IMG/VR virus record: IMGVR_UViG_3300005512_002353
Length of the DNA: 64,000 nt
Source of the DNA: a virus
Taxonomy: Duplodnaviria > Caudoviricetes
Strand: one strand, 5' to 3'
A program made the position numbers and the translations under genes. Positions 1-9,186 of this stretch are shown here, piece after piece. How positions within the stretch are numbered: position 1 is the stretch's first letter; each line of letters opens with the position of its first letter. Under the pieces are notes generated by a model that had not been told where the DNA came from, did no database searches, and saw nothing but the letters and a program-made list of their open reading frames with translations.

Positions 1-490
1 AATCTTTTGAGTCTTTATTTTTCAACAGTTTTTCCAGCATCTCGTTCCTATCTAGGACGTATCCCTCGCCTGTCTCTATAGGCTCATCCTTGCTCTTGCG
101 TTGATCCTGTGCGGCCTTCTTTAACTGTAGATCAATCATCTTAAGTTTCTTGTTAATCTTTGCCGTCTTGGCTGATATGGCATGTCCTAACATGTTGTTG
201 GCAACACCAAAAATTTCACTAGCAAAGCGTGAATCTACGTTAAAGCCAAGATCCATGAGGTCCTGATAACTGTTTTTAGCAAGTTCTGCTAGATCATCCA
301 TCTCTTGATCACTGGCTTCTAGGCCTTTGACCGCCGGCAGTGCTGATTCTATCTTATCTATGTTAGCAAAAGTGTCTGCTGGCACAGGTGTCTGTGCTTG
401 TTCAACAGGCTCTTTTAATTCGTTGTCTTCCTCTTTCTCTACAGGTTCTATAGGATCAAGGTCAAATAGCTCTTCTAGTTTCTTTGTCAT
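1..490 (-). CDS. Partial gene (runs off window start), probable terminase small subunit (gp16-like)
   Basis: Read manually: ATG at 490 overlaps the upstream stop (TAATG). Translates MTKKLEELFDLDPIEP...SDQEMDDLAELAKNSYQDLMDLGFNVDSRFASEIFGVANNMLGHAISAK...LDRNEMLEKLL, open to the window edge. Function is inferred from helical character and position. Confidence 0.5.
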   Translation of the reverse strand, partial: MTKKLEELFDLDPIEPVEKEEDNELKEPVEQAQTPVPADTFANIDKIESALPAVKGLEASDQEMDDLAELAKNSYQDLMDLGFNVDSRFASEIFGVANNMLGHAISAKTAKINKKLKMIDLQLKKAAQDQRKSKDEPIETGEGYVLDRNEMLEKLLKNKDSKD

Positions 491-927
491 TATCTCGCAC
501 CACTTCTAAAAATATCTTCTTCGGTTACCACACGGAATGTTATGCCGTTGGCCTTACACCACTTAGCGGCCTGTTCCCATTTAGCGTGATTGAGAGCAAC
601 TGTCTCTCGGAGGCGACGGTTTTTGTTCTTGCTCTCCACTATGCTTTGGTCCTTAGGTTTGATTTCCACCAGCTCTGTAACTAATTTACCACTTTTGTTC
701 TGGTATTGGACTAAAAAGTCAGGTATGTAGTTACGGTTCTTGCCAGTGAATGGATCTTTGTATGGAATTTTTACGGACTCACTTGCCCACTTGACCACGC
801 TTGGATGTGTGTCACAGAACTTCATGAAAGCATGTTCCCAACCTGAACGATACGTGGGTGCCTTAACACCAACATACTTGTCAGGATTCATTATTGTGAA
901 CTTGCCTTTAGCCCACTTGCCTGCCAT
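490..927 (-). CDS. Head completion nuclease, T4 gp4-like (TnsA-N / PD-(D/E)xK fold)
   Basis: NPDKYVG...YRSGWE...WASE...YIPDF...VEIKP...KWEQA motif series typical of gp4 homologues. Confidence 0.85.
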   Translation of the reverse strand: MAGKWAKGKFTIMNPDKYVGVKAPTYRSGWEHAFMKFCDTHPSVVKWASESVKIPYKDPFTGKNRNYIPDFLVQYQNKSGKLVTELVEIKPKDQSIVESKNKNRRLRETVALNHAKWEQAAKWCKANGITFRVVTEEDIFRSGAR

Positions 928-1289
928 TATGGCAATACGTTACGGGCCGCGTAGTAATTTGGTTGCTGAACAACGCTTACGCCAACTAGAGTTGCTTTTG
1001 ATCTTAATCCATTTAGATAATATGCCACTGTTTGATCTATCTGGATAGGATTGTCTACTTCTCTAAACTTGGCCAGTAACTCCTCTACTGTAATTTTGTA
1101 ACCATTAACAATTTGGAAGAATACTGATGTAAAGTCGTCTGCAATAGATGAATCTGAATAATATTTTCTAAAGAAACTGTTGACAATGTCATAGTCAGCC
1201 TGACTAATAACTAATTCTTTTTCGTAGAATTGGTCAAATATTAATACAGTCTTGTCCGTATTGTTTTTTGTTACGTTAACTGAACTCAT
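927..1289 (-). CDS. Hypothetical late protein
   Basis: 120-aa ORF coupled to the gp4-like gene; TAAATA box 5 nt before the ATG. Confidence 0.7.
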   Translation of the reverse strand: MSSVNVTKNNTDKTVLIFDQFYEKELVISQADYDIVNSFFRKYYSDSSIADDFTSVFFQIVNGYKITVEELLAKFREVDNPIQIDQTVAYYLNGLRSKATLVGVSVVQQPNYYAARNVLP

Positions 1290-1304
1290 AATACTATTTA
1301 ACCT

Positions 1305-2483
1305 CTACTCCGAGGTGCCAACATTTTGTCCGTTACTAGAAACTAGACTGTTTGTAGTTGGCGTTGTGTTTGTTGTTGTAGGTGTTGCTGTGTTTGTTGT
1401 TGTAGGTGTGGTTGGTGTAGAAAAGTTAAACACAGTGTTAGTCACTGCTGGAAGACCTTCTCTGATAACACCTGTTAATACCTCTTCCTTAACACTTTCA
1501 CTATTGATATCACCGTTTTCGATAACATCATACACACGTCCTGCTTTCTTGGCCGCACCTAATACATCACCTGATGCTAGATCTTCAAATATACCAACAC
1601 CTGCATCCAGTAAGCCGCCTTGACCAAACACTGTTGATCTAGAACCTGCACGACTTAATGCACTTGGTTCCTTGTCATAGTATGCAGAATTAGCAAAGCC
1701 AGGAATTGGTGCACCTGTTTCTCCGTTAAGAGCACCTGCTCCATATTTTACGGTCTCATACCTGATAGTCATCTGATGATTCATTGGATCGCTACCATTG
1801 GAATAATCAAATTGATCATGTCTAAATTCTGTAATCACTGGATTGATCAATGTATAGTTAACAAACTGATGTTGATTAAATCCATAGATTGTAATATCTT
1901 TAAAGAAACTTGGTTTACTGCCTTGAGCATAACTTGGTGTTTGAGCACCATCTTCGCCTATATAACCCCAATCATTACCTGCTCTATTGGCACTGTAAGT
2001 ATCTCTACGGTTATAATCAGACTTTGTGCCTGGAGCAAAATTTACCAACGCATTGTTTGCTGTCTGTGAACCATAAGGTTGGCTTGGATCTTTATAGTAG
2101 TAACTGTAATATTTAAACCAAAGGTTACGAACTAGATCAGCACCATCATCGTGGAACTCAACTGATACTGGTTCGTAATTGATTTTAGATTGGACTAGAC
2201 GTTTGCGATTATATTGATTTAAAGTATCAACGTCTATAGTATAGTTTGGCAGTTGTATATTCTTGACCAACAGGCTTACCCTAGCCTGGTCGTCTACACT
2301 AAAAGCACTCCTTAAACCTGGCAACTCCGTAACATTCAAGTTAAAATACACATGAAATAAAAACTTGTGTCGCGGATGCAGGTCCATACCAGCTGACCTA
2401 AAGGTCTTACTAGCATGTCTGTAGTCTTTTAGATAGTCACTTCCCAGGAATCCTTTAAGGACCTGGTCAAAGAAGCCTGCCAT
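1305..2483 (-). CDS. Tail-tube-like protein (gp19 paralogue / tube initiator) with Thr/Pro-rich C-terminus
   Basis: LVKNIQLPNYTI...NQYNRKR...YEPVSVEFHDD...LINPVITEFRHDQFDYS...MTIRYE resembles the gp19 family; lies directly after the tube gene. Confidence 0.7.
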   Translation of the reverse strand: MAGFFDQVLKGFLGSDYLKDYRHASKTFRSAGMDLHPRHKFLFHVYFNLNVTELPGLRSAFSVDDQARVSLLVKNIQLPNYTIDVDTLNQYNRKRLVQSKINYEPVSVEFHDDGADLVRNLWFKYYSYYYKDPSQPYGSQTANNALVNFAPGTKSDYNRRDTYSANRAGNDWGYIGEDGAQTPSYAQGSKPSFFKDITIYGFNQHQFVNYTLINPVITEFRHDQFDYSNGSDPMNHQMTIRYETVKYGAGALNGETGAPIPGFANSAYYDKEPSALSRAGSRSTVFGQGGLLDAGVGIFEDLASGDVLGAAKKAGRVYDVIENGDINSESVKEEVLTGVIREGLPAVTNTVFNFSTPTTPTTTNTATPTTTNTTPTTNSLVSSNGQNVGTSE

Positions 2484-2488
2484 CTATA

Positions 2489-3106
2489 TTAGCCTGTAAT
2501 TACTGAGCCTAAAGTTCTACCTACTGAAGTGCCTAGACCTGAACCAATTGGTGTTTGAACAGCATTATCAAATCTAATTGTTAATGATACTGTTGCCGGT
2601 GCACTATCAGCGTATGTTAAATCGTTATAGTTAACTGTTGTTAGGTAGCAACCATAAAGTTCCCATGTTTCTAACACTGTTGGTTCGTTAGCACCATTAC
2701 CACCGTCTAACACTTCGCAACGTGTTACAAATTTATAGTCGATACCTGATGAAGCTGATGATTGCTCCATGAAGTCTAATTGTTTCTGTAATTGCTCACC
2801 AACTAGTTTAGCAACCGCACCCGATGCGTCGTCACGTAATTCAACAGTAACGTCGTCCCAAGTATGTTTACCTGCTAATCTTACACGTGAGTTGTATAAG
2901 TCAATAGTCATATCGTCAAATGATACGCTAGGTCTAGTAAATGTCATTACTTGTTTTGTTAACTCAGTTCTTGGTGTAGAAACACCAAGATTCTCAAATA
3001 CCGTTCTAAATCGGTATTTTAATTTGGGCATTAACAAGCCTTGGCTAGTTGCTGATTGGTCAGAAGCCAAAGGTATTGTCATTTTGCTTAATGATGAAAC
3101 AGCCAT
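2489..3106 (-). CDS. Tail tube protein (gp19-like)
   Basis: KYRFR...RPSVSF...LAGKHTWDDVTVELRDD...WELYGCY...SLTIRFDNA; follows the sheath gene. Confidence 0.9.
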   Translation of the reverse strand: MAVSSLSKMTIPLASDQSATSQGLLMPKLKYRFRTVFENLGVSTPRTELTKQVMTFTRPSVSFDDMTIDLYNSRVRLAGKHTWDDVTVELRDDASGAVAKLVGEQLQKQLDFMEQSSASSGIDYKFVTRCEVLDGGNGANEPTVLETWELYGCYLTTVNYNDLTYADSAPATVSLTIRFDNAVQTPIGSGLGTSVGRTLGSVITG

Positions 3107-3136
3107 GTGTATTTCTCCTTGTTCTTATATGTATCG

Positions 3137-3143
3137 TATTTAT
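3137..3143 (-). promoter_or_regulatory. T4-type late promoter (ATAAATA) for the tail tube gene
   Basis: TATTTAT on + strand upstream of an AGGAG SD and the ATG at 3106. Confidence 0.75.
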
Positions 3144-3157
3144 CGATCTAGAGTCAC

Positions 3158-3184
3158 AAAAAATGACACCGAAGTGCCATTTTA
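3158..3184 (-). terminator. Rho-independent terminator with cUUCGg tetraloop after the sheath gene
   Basis: Minus strand AAAATGGCAC-TTCG-GTGTCATTTTT. Confidence 0.85.
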
Positions 3185-3201
3185 TGCGTAGTTAATTCCT
3201 A

Positions 3202-6200
3202 CTATAAATTACCTGCCTCAATATCGCCTGTGTTTTTAATTCTTAATGGAATGTAGATGTATTCCACAGATTTTGTAGGCTCAATTGCGATATCAACGTA
3301 TAATTCGTTTCTATCAATACGCTCTGGTGTGTTGTTTGTGTCATCACATACAACTAGGTAATCGTAAATACCACGTTTAGCAGTAACATCGTTTAATAAC
3401 TGTTCACATGATTGTTTAACTTCGTTACGTGTAGTAGTGTCATTTGGTTCAAAGATATAAGCTCTGCCTAATGCTTCTAATCTGTCACGTAAGTAAGCAA
3501 CCAGTCTTGCCACGTTTACTCTATCAAGTGCTGATGGTAATGAAGCAAGTGTCTTGTTACCGTAGTTTACGATACCTGTTCCAGGTATGAATGTAATTGG
3601 GTTAACTTGGTTTTCATATAATGTGTCACGTAGTGATTCTCTAACATTAATTTGTTGGAATTCACCAGTTGACTCATTAATGTAACCTAGTGCTGACGCA
3701 TTGTCAACTGTTCCACGTAGACCACCTGCTGGTGCTAACCATGGATAACCAATTTCGTCTGCTCTCACAAATGTTCTTAATATCATGTGACTTGGTGGAA
3801 CAACCACTGTGTTACCTGCTAAGTCATTTGTTCTACCACTTGGGTAGAATGTGGCCGCATATGGATCGGCAGTAGTTAAACCGTCTTCACCATCTGTGCC
3901 TGCGCCTTGTGCATCTGATGTCCAATCAAGTATAGCTGAACCCGTGTCTGCCAATCTAAATGGTGTGTCACCAACAACAAAACCTGTGTTGTTTCTGTCA
4001 TTGTTTAATGCTACCATGTTAGATAATAGTTCTGGATAACCAGGTGCCGCTAACAAGTTAAACTGTTTCTGTTCCTCACGGATTGATGTGTTAGCATCAA
4101 TGCCTGCCTGCATCTGACCAACGATGATCTTACGCTGTGCTTTTCTGCCCATGTAAGGTGAACCGTTTGCCTTATTACCTGATGCTGTCACCCATGCATC
4201 TTTCTGCGTTGGTAATGTGTCATCTGGGAAGTCAGTTGCGTTAAAGTAGTCAACTTGGAACTGTTTAACATTGTAACCTGAACGTCTTGTGTTGAACAGG
4301 ATCATACCATCTGGATATAATGAGGCGTCTGGTGCGTCAATATCTAGATAGTTACTTGTTAATAGTGATTTTGTAGTTGCTATGTCGTCTGTTATTGGAT
4401 CTGTTGTTCCATTAGCCGCCCAACGTGCATCTGCAAATAATACACCGTCTTCTGTTGTTTGATCTGTGTTGTCAAGTAATACCCATTTATCAACACCACT
4501 TACTGCTTGCCATCTGTATAGTTTAGGATAGTTTTCTAAATCACTTGAGTCTAACCATAAGTCACCATATACAAGTGCTGTTGAGTCACTTTGTAGTGTT
4601 GGTGCAGTTGCTGAAACAATAACACCGTTTGGTGAAGTTGATGATAAGTCATAACCACGTGTATCGTTTGATACGTTTTGGTAACCTTTCCATGTAGCAC
4701 CATCGTTGATCATGATGTCAACATCACTTGCTGATGAATAATACCAATATGTGCCTTCTGCTGGATCTTGACTTGGTTCAGTTGCTGAAGCAGTGTATGC
4801 CAATGCAACATAGTTAGAAAGGATAAGATCTGAATCATTACCAGCTCTTACGTTATCTAATGCTGTTGTAATACCTGCGTCTGCTACAGGAGTTCCTGAA
4901 GTGTCTTTTAATACAATAACACCACCTTGTGTGTGTCTAATTTGAACAGCGCCGTCTGTTGTAACACTTGCTAAAGTATTAGCAACGTTAGCACCATTGA
5001 AGTCACTTACAAAGTCAGTTGCTGTTGTGCCACTCGTTGTAACAGTAACCGCTGAAGTTAATGTAGTTGAGTTCTTAGCACTTGCTTGAATTGTAAATGT
5101 TTCACTTGCTGTAAATGTTGGTGCAGTATCCTCAGATGTTACTGTTGTAACGCCTGTTGTGTATCGTTTGTATAATTTGTATGTTGCGTTGTCTGCTTCT
5201 GTAGCATCATATTGAACATATAATGTGTTCGCCGCAACGTTTGATCCACCGCCACTTGGGTCAATGTTTTTAAGTGCAGTCTGATCATTTTCATACAACG
5301 GAGCACTCACTGTTGACCATGTGTCTGTAGATGCGTTGTAAATTTTAGCAACAATTTCAGCACCTTGGTTAACTGCTGTTGTCTTGATCCATACAGAACC
5401 TGTAGGACGTGGAGCAGTGTCTGTTGACTTCCAACGTGGATTGTCATAGTGTTGAGATTGTTGTAATCTTGGATAGTAATATGTTGCCGCTGTTAGGCCT
5501 ACATCAGTTAATAGTGTTCCTGAACCATTTGCTAATGTCAACACACCTTCTAATGATGAACCGTCTGCTGAAACATCACCGTCTGCATAGATTTCTAATT
5601 TGTTGCTTACCACGGCCGCTGTAACACCTGCAATTGAAGCTGAGTTAATTGAACTTGCTAATGCTGTTACAGTAGTTCCACTTAGTGTAACTGTTGTGCC
5701 ATTTAACACAATGCTATGACCTGATGTCAAAGTAGGACTTGCTACTGTGCCTTGGATAGTTGGATGGCTATTGTGCCAATCATCTGAACCAACTAACACC
5801 CAAGCATTGTCTCGGTTTTTGTAGTAGACTGGATTATTGGCATTAGTTGCTACTACTGCATAGTCACCGATCGCACCAATTGATGTTTTTGGTATACCTG
5901 CTGTCAGGTCGTCTGTTGATGTAATAACTGTAGGAGTTTTGTGAGTAAATGCACCTGTTGATGAATTCCACTCATGAATACCCCATTCTGTATTTGCTGT
6001 GTCTAACCAGAATGAATTGTTATCTAAAGAGCCTGTTGGTCTTGTTAGGCTTGCTGAAAGTTCAGCAAGATCTAAATCAACACGCTGGATGTATGCTCTG
6101 TTAGAAACACCTAAAACTGAGTAGGCCGCTAATAAGCCATATTCGTTTAATTCGTATCCATTAATTGGTGTGCCAGCACTTGTGTTATAGAAAGTTGGAT

Positions 6201-6414
6201 TACCATATAATGTAATCAAATCTCTCTGGCTTGTAACCAAATTAATTTTGTTAGCATTGGCCGCTGTTGTGCCTGATGCTGTCGCTGTTGATGTTCCACT
6301 TGTTTTATCTTGTGCTGTTGCAATCAAGATATATGGAACAGAATTCGTTGCGGCAGGTAGGTATTGACTTTGGTCAACTACACTAACCTCTACGCCTGGG
6401 GAAACTAATGCCAT
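3202..6414 (-). CDS. Tail sheath protein (gp18-like), 1070 aa
   Basis: N-term MALVSPGVEVSVVD; C-term PWLAPAG..RG, NPI, GNKT, LDRVNVARL, FEPND, NTPERIDRNEL. Confidence 0.95.
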   Translation of the reverse strand: MALVSPGVEVSVVDQSQYLPAATNSVPYILIATAQDKTSGTSTATASGTTAANANKINLVTSQRDLITLYGNPTFYNTSAGTPINGYELNEYGLLAAYSVLGVSNRAYIQRVDLDLAELSASLTRPTGSLDNNSFWLDTANTEWGIHEWNSSTGAFTHKTPTVITSTDDLTAGIPKTSIGAIGDYAVVATNANNPVYYKNRDNAWVLVGSDDWHNSHPTIQGTVASPTLTSGHSIVLNGTTVTLSGTTVTALASSINSASIAGVTAAVVSNKLEIYADGDVSADGSSLEGVLTLANGSGTLLTDVGLTAATYYYPRLQQSQHYDNPRWKSTDTAPRPTGSVWIKTTAVNQGAEIVAKIYNASTDTWSTVSAPLYENDQTALKNIDPSGGGSNVAANTLYVQYDATEADNATYKLYKRYTTGVTTVTSEDTAPTFTASETFTIQASAKNSTTLTSAVTVTTSGTTATDFVSDFNGANVANTLASVTTDGAVQIRHTQGGVIVLKDTSGTPVADAGITTALDNVRAGNDSDLILSNYVALAYTASATEPSQDPAEGTYWYYSSASDVDIMINDGATWKGYQNVSNDTRGYDLSSTSPNGVIVSATAPTLQSDSTALVYGDLWLDSSDLENYPKLYRWQAVSGVDKWVLLDNTDQTTEDGVLFADARWAANGTTDPITDDIATTKSLLTSNYLDIDAPDASLYPDGMILFNTRRSGYNVKQFQVDYFNATDFPDDTLPTQKDAWVTASGNKANGSPYMGRKAQRKIIVGQMQAGIDANTSIREEQKQFNLLAAPGYPELLSNMVALNNDRNNTGFVVGDTPFRLADTGSAILDWTSDAQGAGTDGEDGLTTADPYAATFYPSGRTNDLAGNTVVVPPSHMILRTFVRADEIGYPWLAPAGGLRGTVDNASALGYINESTGEFQQINVRESLRDTLYENQVNPITFIPGTGIVNYGNKTLASLPSALDRVNVARLVAYLRDRLEALGRAYIFEPNDTTTRNEVKQSCEQLLNDVTAKRGIYDYLVVCDDTNNTPERIDRNELYVDIAIEPTKSVEYIYIPLRIKNTGDIEAGNL

Positions 6415-6442
6415 AATTTTAATCCTCTTTAACTGTTACGAA

Positions 6443-6449
6443 TATTTAT
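6443..6449 (-). promoter_or_regulatory. Late promoter for the tail sheath gene
   Basis: ATAAATA on minus strand upstream of a GAGG SD and the ATG at 6414. Confidence 0.75.
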
Positions 6450-6501
6450 TAAAATCTTCCTAAATTAGGCGTTTTACAAAGCCTTTGTAAAGGTCTGTGC
6501 A

Positions 6502-6509
6502 TATAAATA
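6502..6509 (+). promoter_or_regulatory. Late promoter TATAAATA (full T4 consensus)
   Basis: Exact TATAAATA, 5 nt before the ATG at 6515. Confidence 0.8.
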
Positions 6510-6514
6510 ACCGT

Positions 6515-6856
6515 ATGACCAGGCCTATTTGTGAAGCATGTAGACAGCACCACTGTGCTATTAACTATAAACGAAACGATAAAACATATTATCGCAGTCG
6601 ATGTTTGGCCTGTATCAATAGAAATCGTAAAGTAAGATTACCTGAACCTAGATGGAGATTGTCAGGTTACGTTAAAAAGAAAACCTGTGATCTATGTAAT
6701 TTCCGAGCAAAACACGGAAGTCAGATACATGTCTATCACATGGATGGAAATCTTAACAATAACGATTTGAGGAATCTGAGAAGTATTTGTTTAAATTGTT
6801 CTGCTGTTGTGCAAAGAGAAACAGCCTGGAAGCCAGGAGACTTATCACCTGATTAG
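6515..6856 (+). CDS. Zn-binding HNH-like endonuclease
   Basis: CxxC pairs plus HVYHMDGNLNNN..NL..ICLNC HNH-type motif; start moved from GTG 6497 to ATG 6515 because the promoter overlaps the longer start. Confidence 0.7.
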   Translation: MTRPICEACRQHHCAINYKRNDKTYYRSRCLACINRNRKVRLPEPRWRLSGYVKKKTCDLCNFRAKHGSQIHVYHMDGNLNNNDLRNLRSICLNCSAVVQRETAWKPGDLSPD

Positions 6857-7441
6857 ATCTTCTACTTGTTTATAAAGATCGTCCAACGATCCATTGTTGT
6901 CTAAAGTGGCATCAAAATCTGTGCCAATCCAATCATATTCTGATCTGTGAACTTTTAGTGTTTCTAACTTTTTAGTATCGCCATCAACGGCATGTTGATA
7001 CCAAGCAGGTCTTTCTCCTCTGGTAACTTCTACACAAACAGCACCTAGATCTTTTAACATCTTAACTTCATTTTTAAATCTAACATCACTAATAATAATA
7101 TCATCATCTGTTTTACGTAATTTGTTTTCTAAACTTGCTAACCACATGTCATCGTGAAAGTGTCCTCTGATGACATCCGTGCCAACATGTTGTAAGATCC
7201 ATCTGGGTGTTAGGTGTGGCATGTCTAATCTTTTAGCCCACCATTCATCTACTTGTTCACGCCATTCACGGCTTGATTTTGAACGACCTTCTAGCATGTC
7301 TCGGTCCCATCCAAATATTTCACACATGGCATTTTTTAAATTGCCTGCAAAACTTTCTCTTCTAAACTCGTGTAAGTTAACAAGATAGTCTGCTACTGTG
7401 TCCTTGCCTGATCCTATAAGTCCGCTGATTGCTATGATCAT
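6845..7441 (-). CDS. Deoxynucleoside monophosphate kinase (T4 gp1-like)
   Basis: MIIAISGLIGSGKDT P-loop, SFA..LK, TPR.ILQ.VGT, ISDVRF.NE, H.SE; ATG 7441 overlaps the upstream TGA (ATGA). Confidence 0.9.
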   Translation of the reverse strand: MIIAISGLIGSGKDTVADYLVNLHEFRRESFAGNLKNAMCEIFGWDRDMLEGRSKSSREWREQVDEWWAKRLDMPHLTPRWILQHVGTDVIRGHFHDDMWLASLENKLRKTDDDIIISDVRFKNEVKMLKDLGAVCVEVTRGERPAWYQHAVDGDTKKLETLKVHRSEYDWIGTDFDATLDNNGSLDDLYKQVEDLIR

Positions 7442-7962
7442 TTTAGTTTGTTTACTCCAAGATGTTTGATGCATGATTGTAGCATTTCTATCTGACGTTT
7501 GCAATCATCTAGGGCATGATGGCTAGCCGATTTGACCTCTGGCATGTCCGGCCAGAGTGCGTATACTGTTCTAGCATCACGGACATTCCAAAACTTCCAT
7601 GGTAAACTAACACCAAGTTCTTTATAAGCGTGTTCCAATATGTTCATATCAAATGTAGGCCCGTTTGCCCATATCCTGTTGCTTTGCCATATCAGTTTGC
7701 CTAGTTCATCCAAGCACTCGTGTAGATCTCTGCGACCTACTTCCTCAAAGACTTCTCGCTGTGCTTCAGGCACTTGATGAGCCCACCATTCAATGGTGTT
7801 GTCATCTGTCTTACGATTTGGTTGGCTTTCGGGTGTCACCCTGGCATAGAAATGGCGTTCTGGCCAACCCGTGGATAGTGGGTCGAAGACCTGAGCCGCT
7901 ATAGTCATAATCATAGCGTCTGGGCCTGTAGCTAGTGTTTCGATGTCAATCATTAAATCCAT
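7438..7962 (-). CDS. DEDDh 3'-5' exonuclease (DexA / Rv2179c-like)
   Basis: MIDIETL, WANGPTFD, RDART, HHALDD motifs. Confidence 0.85.
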   Translation of the reverse strand: MDLMIDIETLATGPDAMIMTIAAQVFDPLSTGWPERHFYARVTPESQPNRKTDDNTIEWWAHQVPEAQREVFEEVGRRDLHECLDELGKLIWQSNRIWANGPTFDMNILEHAYKELGVSLPWKFWNVRDARTVYALWPDMPEVKSASHHALDDCKRQIEMLQSCIKHLGVNKLK

Positions 7963-7968
7963 ACTCGT

Positions 7969-7997
7969 ATTATACTACCAATTGGATTTTATGTCAA
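7969..7997 (-). promoter_or_regulatory. Consensus sigma70 (early) promoter
   Basis: TTGACA-17 nt-TATAAT, ATG 6 nt after the -10 box. Confidence 0.9.
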
Positions 7998-7998
7998 C

Positions 7999-8403
7999 CT
8001 ATTTGCGTTTAGGTCCTTTTGGAGATATCTTCTTTAGGAAAGGTGTTTTTGGTTTAGCACGTTTTGACGTTGCTACTTTCTTAGGTTTGAGAACTTTCTT
8101 GAGTGCGTCTCTGCGTTTGAATTTGTTTAGGGCCTGCATTATACGGCTTGCCACGTTTACTTTTTTAGTTTTCTTTGCTCTGCGTGCCTGCACTGCCTTG
8201 GTTCTGGCACGGGTCTTTTTCATTTGGGCTCGTTTAGCGACGTCAACTGATGCACCGCACTGTGCTGGACTTGATACCAGTCTACCTGCACGATTACCAG
8301 TTTCGCAACGCCATTTCATTTTAACCTTGGCCTTGCCAGAAGCACCGCCCTTGCCTACACGGGCAAAGACCATACCTTCTGATATGATGTCACTGATCTT
8401 CAT
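7999..8403 (-). CDS. Very basic Lys/Arg-rich protein, probable internal head / DNA-binding protein
   Basis: Dense K/R throughout; N-terminus MKISDIISE resembles a prohead-protease (I/L-x-E) leader. Confidence 0.7.
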   Translation of the reverse strand: MKISDIISEGMVFARVGKGGASGKAKVKMKWRCETGNRAGRLVSSPAQCGASVDVAKRAQMKKTRARTKAVQARRAKKTKKVNVASRIMQALNKFKRRDALKKVLKPKKVATSKRAKPKTPFLKKISPKGPKRK

Positions 8404-9158
8404 TAACCAATGACCCAGCTTAGTGGCTCTGAATGATCCACGAACAGTTCTAGATCTCTGATCAATCTATCCATTTCTGCCTGTGCTTCTGCTTTTAATG
8501 CAGAACCGTTCAACGGTGTTCCGCCCTGTGGACCAGCGATCGTGGCAAACTTCTCTCTGGCCTCACCAATTATCATTTTTGATGTAGCGTAAGTGTAGTC
8601 TCTTAACCATTGTGATATTGGCGGATCTTGTAGTAATACTACTTCTGGTTTATAGTTGTAGTGCCATAATAAGACCTGTTCTCCTGAACCTTTTGGATCA
8701 CGAACGAGTGTTAGTTTCTTACTAACTGGTTCATACGTATAGTTTAAGTATCCGCCAAACATACGCATAGCCTGTTCTACATACTGTGTATATAGATCAA
8801 AGGTCGCCAAACCGCCGGCATATGAATAGTTTAACAAGTAAACATTTAGGGTTGCTGATGAAAACGGATCAAAACTTGATGAATACGGGCCTGTAGAGTC
8901 ACCCATTGTTCTACGGAAGATCTGTCTAACCGATTGAACTTCCTGCGGAAGTATATATTGATTAGTGTTTTCTGTTAATGTCAATAACGAATACGATTCT
9001 TCATAGGCATTTTGAGCTCTGGTTCTATAGGTATTCAGAGCCTTTGAATAAGCGGTTTCGTAGTGTTGTGGGTCAAGTTCAGTATCAACTATGCCTTCGC
9101 CTAATCGGTTAGCAACATAATCAAATACGTCCTGTTTTAATGTAGTTAAATCTGCCAT
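8403..9158 (-). CDS. Neck / head-tail adaptor protein (gp13-like)
   Basis: RLGEGIVDTEL...Y.LP..V..V...WLRDYT.A.SK..IGEAREKF..IAGPQGG..LNG. Confidence 0.85.
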   Translation of the reverse strand: MADLTTLKQDVFDYVANRLGEGIVDTELDPQHYETAYSKALNTYRTRAQNAYEESYSLLTLTENTNQYILPQEVQSVRQIFRRTMGDSTGPYSSSFDPFSSATLNVYLLNYSYAGGLATFDLYTQYVEQAMRMFGGYLNYTYEPVSKKLTLVRDPKGSGEQVLLWHYNYKPEVVLLQDPPISQWLRDYTYATSKMIIGEAREKFATIAGPQGGTPLNGSALKAEAQAEMDRLIRDLELFVDHSEPLSWVIG

Positions 9159-9176
9159 GGTATTCTCCGTTAGCAG

Positions 9177-9183
9177 TATTTAT
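9177..9183 (-). promoter_or_regulatory. Late promoter for the neck gene
   Basis: ATAAATA followed by GGAG SD and ATG 9158. Confidence 0.75.
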
Positions 9184-9186
9184 CTA

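Noticed and set aside
7442-7504. Extended N-termini in the ORF track (here for dNMP kinase; also 6497, 10374, 31334, 32894, 62419)
   Set aside because: They overlap upstream genes or promoters; downstream starts fit stop-start coupling or promoter spacing better.
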